Of a stretch of DNA of 64,000 bases, positions 63,458 through 64,000 are shown piece by piece (within the stretch, counting starts at the first letter, position 1; each line of letters opens with the position of its first letter). The translations under genes and the position numbers were made by a program. This DNA is from an uncultured Spirochaetota bacterium. GTDB lineage: Bacteria > Spirochaetota > Spirochaetia > Treponematales > UBA12059. The stretch lies in NCBI GenBank assembly GCA_937873275.1, contig CALMRC010000114.1:2666-66665 (forward strand), read 5' to 3'. The notes below the pieces were generated by a model. It was not told the DNA's origin and did not search any database. It saw only the letters and a program-made list of their open reading frames with translations.

Positions 63458-64000
63458 ATGGAAACCAGACTACTCGAGGAGCGCTCGAGGATCCTCACGG
63501 AGACCCGGGCCTTCTTCCTCCGCCGGGGGTACCTGGAGACCGACACGCCGGCCCTCGCCCCGTCCCTCATCCCGGAATCCTGCCTGGAGGTGTTCCGGAC
63601 CGAGTACGACAATCCCTTCCTGGGACGCATGGACCTCTGGCTGGTCCCCTCCCCGGAAGTCTGGATGAAGCCCCTCATCGCCCGGTACAAGCGAAGCGTG
63701 TTCCAGGTCTGCAAGTGCTTCCGGAACTCCGAATCCGTCGGCCGCCTGCACAACCCCGAGTTCACCATGCTGGAGTACTACACGGTGGGGGCGGATTCGG
63801 GAACCTCCCGGGAACTCACGGAGGAGCTCTTCCGGGCCTGCGCGGGACCCGACACCCCCGCCTGGGCGCGGCCGCCCTTCCGTCGCATGACCATGGCCGA
63901 AGCCTTCCGGGAGTACACGGGGCTCGACCTGGAATCCCTCCAGGACCGGGAAGCCCTGGTCGAGGCGGGTCTCGGCAAAGGCCTCCTGGTTCCCCGGGAG
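63458..64000 (+). CDS. epmA: EF-P lysine aminoacylase (class II lysyl-tRNA synthetase paralogue, GenX/PoxA); the 3' end is off the window
   Basis: FFLRRGYLETDTPAL and the class II motif 2 CKCFRNSESVGRLHNPEFTMLEYY. Confidence 0.7.
   Translation, partial: METRLLEERSRILTETRAFFLRRGYLETDTPALAPSLIPESCLEVFRTEYDNPFLGRMDLWLVPSPEVWMKPLIARYKRSVFQVCKCFRNSESVGRLHNPEFTMLEYYTVGADSGTSRELTEELFRACAGPDTPAWARPPFRRMTMAEAFREYTGLDLESLQDREALVEAGLGKGLLVPRE

Overview
High-GC, densely coding bacterial chromosomal segment with about 50 supportable CDS and one tRNA-Thr. Most genes are housekeeping: pepT, an M42 peptidase, AddAB-type helicase-nuclease, a Liv-type amino-acid ABC transporter, tetR-lipA-lplA, ffh, rpmB, ZnuABC, murB, cysS, glyA, queG and epmA. 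Signalling and motility genes are interspersed: RR-PAS-GGDEF-EAL, cheD, cheW, a Cache-type MCP, a tandem cNMP-binding protein and an ECF sigma/anti-sigma pair. Envelope proteins include a 1398-aa OmpA-family protein with 8 FlgD-Ig-like repeats, an SLT lipoprotein and a secreted MORN-repeat protein. I saw no CRISPR array, transposase, integrase, reverse transcriptase or recognisable defence gene, so no classical mobile island can be supported. The gene content fits a motile diderm, possibly a spirochaete, but taxonomy cannot be established from this window. The signals that gene annotation does not explain are non-coding. (1) Seven intergenic elements are built from short tandem 7-9-mers (GTGRACN, GTGAATN, ACAGGAT/ACAAGAT, CACGGAG), with each array facing its inverse array across a 40-100 nt core. 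All sit just 3' of a gene, and five stop codons lie inside the arrays. (2) A 148-nt AT-rich element with 15-nt terminal inverted repeats carries two hairpins with identical TACT loops. (3) A 19-bp perfect hairpin is followed by degenerate head-plus-hairpin tandem units. (4) A ~1 kb AT-rich island forms the promoter and the N-terminal ~260 codons of the otherwise GC-rich MORN gene. Many long ORFs in the supplied track are Arg/Pro/Gly-rich shadow frames of real genes and were rejected.
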